Assembly (NCBI GenBank): GCA_944392265.1
Contig: CALXWC010000005.1
Location: forward strand, 737-64,736
Direction of reading: 5' to 3'
DNA: 64,000 nucleotides
Source: an uncultured Alphaproteobacteria bacterium
Lineage (GTDB): Bacteria > Pseudomonadota > Alphaproteobacteria > RF32 > CAG-239
The translations under genes were made by a program, and so were the position numbers. The notes beneath the pieces were generated by a model. The model saw only the letters and a program-made list of their open reading frames with translations, was not told the DNA's origin and searched no databases. Shown in pieces: positions 58,822 through 64,000 of this stretch. Within the stretch, counting starts at the first letter, position 1, and each line of letters begins with the position of its first letter.

Positions 58822-58929
58822 TTGTAAATATATATATGTTACTAAACGAAATATGCATAAAACAATATAAAAATAAAGAAATGAAAGAAATTTGTTTCTT
58901 TATGAAATAAATTAACTATAATCGGCGGC

Positions 58930-60063
58930 ATGAAAAAATTAAACCGTTACATAATCAGACAAATATTTGTGGGCTTTTTGCTGGTAACTTTCTCTCTTAT
59001 GTCCATAATTTGGCTGACTCAATCTTTACGCTTTGTTGATTTAATAACCAACAACGGTATTCCTGTGAGCATTTTTGCAGAGCTCACATCTTTGCTCATG
59101 CCCAGAATTTTCACAATTTTAGCCCCGATTGCCGTTTTTGCCGCAGTATTATTTGTTTACAACCGTATGCTTTCAGATCGAGAACTTGTCGTTATGAAAT
59201 CTGCCGGCATTAGCCCAATGCAATGTGCTGTTCCTGCCATTATATTTGGTATTTTAATGTCTTTCTTTAACTTATTTGTATATAACCTAGGTATTCCTTG
59301 GGCAGAACAACGCTTTAGCGAATTGCAATGGAAAGTAAAAAATGACGTTTCTCACCTTATGTTAAGAGAAGGTGAATTTACGACTTTGCAAAACGGACTA
59401 ACTGTTTTTCTGACCACACATGAAAAAGATGGCTCCATCACAGGAATTATGGTTAATGATGAAAGAAACCCTAAAAGCAAAGTAACCATATCTGCAGAAA
59501 AAGGACGCATTGTTTATACGGAGAAAGGCCCAAAAATCATCATGGTTAACGGTGCCAGACAAGAAATAAACAATCAAACCAAACAATTTACATCTGTTTC
59601 TTTTGCCAGATATTCTGTAGACTTCGGTATACAAAACAATGCCAGAAAAAAAGCTGCCGGTGTAAGAGAAAGAAGCTTAAAAGAATTACTCGAAGCAAGA
59701 AGCAATCCTGAACTCAACGAAAAAGAAGCAAACCGTTTTTTGGTTGAAGGAAACAGAAGATTGTTAAACCCGTTTTTTAACCTTGTTTTTGCTGTTTTAG
59801 CATGTACTGGTCTTCTTTGCGGAAATTTCAATCGTCGCGGACAAACCAAAATTATATCAACATCTATTACAGCCATGATTATAATATTGGCTCTTGATTT
59901 ATCTTTAACCAATATTGCTGTTAATAATATTTCTCTGTTAACCCTGATTTATGCAAACTTAATTCTTCCGTTATGTATCTGCATTTATTTATTAATGTTC
60001 TACAATCCGGCATTATTCAGCCGAAAAAAAGAAGTTCCAAACGAGGTTTTGAATAATGAATAA
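58930..60063 (+). CDS. LPS export ABC permease, LptF/LptG (YjgP/YjgQ) family
   Basis: 377 aa. Paralogous to 15793..16902. Directly upstream of lptD with an 8-nt overlap. Confidence 0.78.
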   Translation: MKKLNRYIIRQIFVGFLLVTFSLMSIIWLTQSLRFVDLITNNGIPVSIFAELTSLLMPRIFTILAPIAVFAAVLFVYNRMLSDRELVVMKSAGISPMQCAVPAIIFGILMSFFNLFVYNLGIPWAEQRFSELQWKVKNDVSHLMLREGEFTTLQNGLTVFLTTHEKDGSITGIMVNDERNPKSKVTISAEKGRIVYTEKGPKIIMVNGARQEINNQTKQFTSVSFARYSVDFGIQNNARKKAAGVRERSLKELLEARSNPELNEKEANRFLVEGNRRLLNPFFNLVFAVLACTGLLCGNFNRRGQTKIISTSITAMIIILALDLSLTNIAVNNISLLTLIYANLILPLCICIYLLMFYNPALFSRKKEVPNEVLNNE

Positions 60064-62320
60064 AAACTGGTTGTATATGTCAATTTTAAGCATAGGTGGC
60101 CTAAGTTTTCCGGCTATAGCACAAGAAGTTGTATATAATACAACAGATGCAGGAACACTTATTAATACATCTGAAATGGAAACTCTGCCCAAAGCAGAAT
60201 TAAACCCATTAAACTTAACCAATGCGGCAGAAATTGTTTCTCCAAAGATTGAAAGTGAAGAACAAGACATTTACTTTAGTGCTAATGAAATCCAAAACGA
60301 CCAAAGATTAAGCACGATTACCGCCATTGGAGATGTAAATATTGTTAGGGACAATTTGACCGTTAAAGCAGATAAAATTGTATATAATCAAAAAGATGAT
60401 GTTGTAACAGCGGTGGGTAATGTTGCTTTATTAAACGACGATGGCACGATTGTTTTTTCAGACTATGTTGTCTTGTCTGATAAGATGCAAGCCGGAGAAA
60501 TGGAAAACATCAAAATTTTGATGAAAGATAAAAGCCAAGTTGCTGCATCAAAAGTCAAAAAATATGCCAACGATAACAAAACGATGTACAATGCGGTTTA
60601 CTCTCCTTGTGATGTTTGTACCGGAAAAGATCCATTATGGCAACTCAAAGCCCGAAAAATCAGACATAACGCTAAAGATAAAAACGTATATTACAATGAT
60701 GCTTTTTTAGAGCTTAAGGGAGTTCCTGTATTTTATACACCGTTTTTATCACATCCTGACCCAACGGTTAAACGCCGTTCTGGATTTTTAATGCCTGACT
60801 TTGTAAGTAGCTCATATTTAGGTGCTGCTCTGCAACCAAAATACTTCTGGAGTATTTCTGATCAGGAAGATTTATTAGTCAGCCCTATTTTCTCAACTGA
60901 TAAAGGTTTAATTTTAAGCGGTAAATATAACAAATATTTATACCGAGGAGAATTAAGTGCTGAAGGCAGCTTCATGCATGATGAAGACAAAGATGAAAGC
61001 AGAGGCAACATCTTTGCAAAAGCTCGATATGAGGTTAACGACTATTGGGTAGCTGACATGGATGTTAACTATGCCTCAGACAGAAATTATCTTAAAGATA
61101 TGTCTTTAGAAAAGCAAGATGATGCTTGGTTAACATCAAGCTTAAAAATGCAAGGTTTTGATAACAGAAACTACGCATCTATTGAAAGCTATTACTATCA
61201 GCTTTTAAGCTATGATATGAAAGAATATGATGAACCAATTGTTTTGCCTTTAATGGATTATGAAAATATAAGCGATGTCGGTCCGTATGGTGCATACAGC
61301 AAAACAAATTTAAACTTTGCTTCAATATACAGAGAAGAAGAAACCAACACTCAACGTTTTTCAATGATTAACTCTTGGGTTTTGCCATATACATCACCTT
61401 ATGGCGAAAAATATAGAATGGTTGCATCCGTAAAATCAGACTTATATTATGTAGACAACTACATTAATCCCGACAAAGAAGAATTTACCGGCGGTGTTGC
61501 ACGTGTATTCCCTCAATTAGGCTTAGAATGGAAACTTCCGTTCATCAGAGCAACAGAAACTTCCAGACAGATTTTAGAGCCAACAATCGTAGCCGTAGCC
61601 GCTCCGAATGGTGGAAATAAGACAGACAAAATTCCAAATGAAGACAGCCAAGACTTTGAACTCGATGATTCAAATGTTTTAGACATAGACCGATATGCCG
61701 GTTATGACCGTAATGATACAGGAAGCCGCGTCAGCTATGGTTTTAACTGGAATTCTTATGGAGATATTTTTGGCAGAACATCTGCATTTTTAGCACAAAG
61801 CTACTACTTTGACAAAAATGAGGCTGTAAACAATATATCTTCTAGCGAACAAAATGAAAAAGAAGGTCATTTAAGCGATTACGTCGGTCGTATTTATGCC
61901 AATCCCTCAGATTATTTTGACTTAAATTATCGTTTCAGATTAGATAAAGATGATTTTGATTTAACATATAGCGAATTAGGAACATCTATCGGACCCAGCA
62001 TCTTAAATGCTTATATTTCATATATTTACTTGCAAGATAATCAATCTTCATCTTTAATAGAAAACAGTGAACGAAAAGAATTATACACAGCATTAAGAAG
62101 TAAATTAACCAAAGATTGGAGTATTCGCGTTTATAATCGTCAAGACTTAACAGATGGCGGAGATTCATTAGAATACGGCGGTGATTTAATTTATGAAGAT
62201 GAATGTACGCAATTGCTCTTCTATATGCAAAAAGACAATTCAAGCGACCCAGAATATGACGGAGATTTTGAATTTGGTGTAAACTTCTTATTGAAAACTC
62301 TTGGTGGAACAAGCAAATAA
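60056..62320 (+). CDS. lptD: LPS assembly outer-membrane protein LptD
   Basis: 754 aa. Signal peptide, OstA-like N-domain, large beta-barrel C-domain. Conserved lptD-surA-rsmA order. Confidence 0.88.
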   Translation: MNKNWLYMSILSIGGLSFPAIAQEVVYNTTDAGTLINTSEMETLPKAELNPLNLTNAAEIVSPKIESEEQDIYFSANEIQNDQRLSTITAIGDVNIVRDNLTVKADKIVYNQKDDVVTAVGNVALLNDDGTIVFSDYVVLSDKMQAGEMENIKILMKDKSQVAASKVKKYANDNKTMYNAVYSPCDVCTGKDPLWQLKARKIRHNAKDKNVYYNDAFLELKGVPVFYTPFLSHPDPTVKRRSGFLMPDFVSSSYLGAALQPKYFWSISDQEDLLVSPIFSTDKGLILSGKYNKYLYRGELSAEGSFMHDEDKDESRGNIFAKARYEVNDYWVADMDVNYASDRNYLKDMSLEKQDDAWLTSSLKMQGFDNRNYASIESYYYQLLSYDMKEYDEPIVLPLMDYENISDVGPYGAYSKTNLNFASIYREEETNTQRFSMINSWVLPYTSPYGEKYRMVASVKSDLYYVDNYINPDKEEFTGGVARVFPQLGLEWKLPFIRATETSRQILEPTIVAVAAPNGGNKTDKIPNEDSQDFELDDSNVLDIDRYAGYDRNDTGSRVSYGFNWNSYGDIFGRTSAFLAQSYYFDKNEAVNNISSSEQNEKEGHLSDYVGRIYANPSDYFDLNYRFRLDKDDFDLTYSELGTSIGPSILNAYISYIYLQDNQSSSLIENSERKELYTALRSKLTKDWSIRVYNRQDLTDGGDSLEYGGDLIYEDECTQLLFYMQKDNSSDPEYDGDFEFGVNFLLKTLGGTSK

Positions 62321-62335
62321 TAAGGGAGTTATTTA

Positions 62336-63259
62336 ATGAAAAAAATACTTTATTGTTTAGGTTTAACCCTTTGCTTAATAGTAAATACAAAGGCTCATGC
62401 ACAAAACTCTGTTAAAATTGCGGCCATCGTTAATGGAGAGATTATTTCCAATCAAGACATTCAAAACAGAATAAACTCTTTTTTAATGACATCTCAAATT
62501 CCTCTGAATGCACAAACCAAAGAAATGATAGCGCAAAAGGTTTTGCATGGTGCGATTGATGAAAAAATCAAACTTCAAGCCGCAGAAAAAGAAGGCATTA
62601 AAATAGATGACAAAGATGTTAAACTAGCAATTAAAAACTTTGAAAAGAATAATAAAATTCCTGAAGGTGAGTTAAAAAACATCTTAAAACAAGCCAATGT
62701 TTCTCAAAAAAGTTTTGAAGAACAAATGAAGGCCGATTTGGCTTGGATTCGCTTGCTTAAAAACAAACTTCGCTACGAAGGAAACATCACCCAAAGCGAA
62801 ATTGAAAAAGCTCTTGCTGATGCTAAAAAAGACTTAAACACACCAAAATATAATATTTCTGAAATATTTATCAAAAAAGAAAAAGCCAAAGATATTCAAT
62901 ATTTGGTAGACAACTTGAAAAAAGACCCCAGATTTGAACTTTATGCCATGAAGTTTTCAGATAGTCCAAGTGCGGCAAAAGGTGGAAATTTGGGTTGGAT
63001 AAACCAAGGTCAACTTCCCGATAAATTAGAAGAAGTTATTTACGGTCTCAAAAATGGCGAAATCAGTGATGCTATCCCTATGAACGATGGTTTTTACATC
63101 ATTCGCCTTAACCAAAAATTTGACCCGAAAAAAGACAAACCGACTTTGCCAAATACAGAAGAAATCAAAAACTATTTAACCAATCAAAAAATGGAAAGAT
63201 TGGCTCAAAAATATTTACAAGACTTACGTGTAAATTCGGTAATAGAAATCAGAAACTAA
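62336..63259 (+). CDS. surA: Periplasmic chaperone/PPIase SurA (short single-parvulin form)
   Basis: 307 aa. Signal peptide, SurA_N-like region, one parvulin domain (SAAKGGNLGWINQGQLP...GFYIIRL). Confidence 0.8.
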   Translation: MKKILYCLGLTLCLIVNTKAHAQNSVKIAAIVNGEIISNQDIQNRINSFLMTSQIPLNAQTKEMIAQKVLHGAIDEKIKLQAAEKEGIKIDDKDVKLAIKNFEKNNKIPEGELKNILKQANVSQKSFEEQMKADLAWIRLLKNKLRYEGNITQSEIEKALADAKKDLNTPKYNISEIFIKKEKAKDIQYLVDNLKKDPRFELYAMKFSDSPSAAKGGNLGWINQGQLPDKLEEVIYGLKNGEISDAIPMNDGFYIIRLNQKFDPKKDKPTLPNTEEIKNYLTNQKMERLAQKYLQDLRVNSVIEIRN

Positions 63260-63260
63260 A

Positions 63261-64000
63261 ATGGCAGATTTAGCAAACATTATAAATGAACTTCCAAGCT
63301 TAAGAGAAACCGTTGAACTCCATGGTTTAATGGCAAAAAAAGCTCTTGGTCAAAACTTTTTATTGGATAGAAACATCACTGACAAAATCATCCGCACATC
63401 TCTTGCTGAGCAAAATAAAAAAAGCTTTGAAGGTGAATATGTTTTTGAGGTTGGCCCCGGTCCCGGAGGTTTAACCAGATCTGTTTTAAGTACAAATCCG
63501 CAAAAGTTAACCGTTGTTGAAATGGATGAGCGCTGCATTAAAATTATGGAAGAAATCCAAAATTTGGTCGGAAAAGAACGTCTGGAAATCATTAATAATG
63601 ACGCTCTCAAAGAAGATTTTAGCCAATATGAAGGAAGCCCCAAAAACATTGTCAGCAACCTTCCTTATAATATTTCCGTTCCATTATTAGTGGGTTGGTT
63701 AAAAAATATTGAGAATTATGATTCTTTAACACTCATGTTTCAAAAAGAAGTTGCAGACAGAATTTGCGCTCCCACTTGCTGCAAAGACTATGGCAGAATA
63801 TCCATTCTTTCTCAGCTTTTATGTGAAACAACACGCCTTTTTGATATCAATCCGAATTGTTTTGTTCCCGCACCAAAAATTTGGTCTACGGTTGTTTTAT
63901 TCCGCCCTAAACATATAAACATGGATAACAAAACTTTTGCTAATTTGGAACGATTAACCAGCTTAGCTTTCAACCAAAGAAGAAAGATGATTCGGCAGAG
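63261..64000 (+). CDS. rsmA: 16S rRNA (adenine1518/1519-N6)-dimethyltransferase RsmA/KsgA, 5' part (runs off the window end)
   Basis: ATG at 63261. Hand translation gives MADLANIINELPSLRETVELHGLMAKKALGQNFLLD...EVGPGPGGLT (SAM-binding signature). Not in the ORF track because there is no stop within the window. Confidence 0.88.
   Translation, partial: MADLANIINELPSLRETVELHGLMAKKALGQNFLLDRNITDKIIRTSLAEQNKKSFEGEYVFEVGPGPGGLTRSVLSTNPQKLTVVEMDERCIKIMEEIQNLVGKERLEIINNDALKEDFSQYEGSPKNIVSNLPYNISVPLLVGWLKNIENYDSLTLMFQKEVADRICAPTCCKDYGRISILSQLLCETTRLFDINPNCFVPAPKIWSTVVLFRPKHINMDNKTFANLERLTSLAFNQRRKMIRQ

Noticed and set aside
1-64000. Scan for CRISPR arrays, tRNA/rRNA genes, integrases, transposases and phage genes
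   Set aside because: No direct-repeat/spacer arrays, no tRNA-like cloverleafs, no rRNA fragments and no mobility-gene signatures were seen by eye. The only notable repeat is the intragenic coding repeat at 34921-35840.

Overview
This 64-kb window looks like the chromosome of an AT-rich alphaproteobacterium. GC is roughly in the high 30s percent by eye; I did not compute it. I found no rRNA, tRNA, CRISPR, integrase or transposase. The window is dominated by tightly packed housekeeping genes in gene orders typical of alphaproteobacteria, and it is mostly ordinary core genome.

Housekeeping blocks, in order along the window:
- rimP-nusA-ylxR/L7Ae-infB, mrp, and hflK-hflC-degP-holC.
- A mitofilin-like (Mic60-like) gene plus a hemY-like gene on the minus strand, with tsaD-nth on the opposite strand; then an lptF/G-family permease and cysK.
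- yicC-gmk-NUDIX, an SDR-family dehydrogenase, ampG, nrdAB, and secB-tim44-mltA-smr.
- ddpX, rpsF-rpsR-rplI, comM, hslVU, hemW.
- rph-rdgB-addB-addA-trxA, grpE, ftsK.
- fabD-fabG, then a second lptF/G-family permease with lptD-surA-rsmA.

Lineage-specific items sit between these blocks. The ones I consider most interesting are:
- An archaeal/eukaryotic-type ADP-dependent sugar kinase at the end of the Mic60-like/hemY operon.
- A 1013-aa lipoprotein with a CsgG/LpoB-like N-terminal domain, a WG-like beta-repeat array carrying a recent ~249-bp intragenic tandem duplication, and a C-terminal trypsin-like domain whose catalytic His and Asp appear to be substituted.
- An unusually long GT5 glycogen/starch-synthase homologue in the slot where many alphaproteobacteria carry hrcA. 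I saw no CIRCE element.
- A HIT-fold protein that has lost its histidine triad.
- A fabD-fabG cluster with no acpP/fabF, followed by a terminator and two AT-rich orphan genes.
- A 288-aa orphan gene insulated by terminators.
- A probable pair of NrdR boxes upstream of nrdA.

I saw no recognisable defence island, toxin-antitoxin pair or mobile element.
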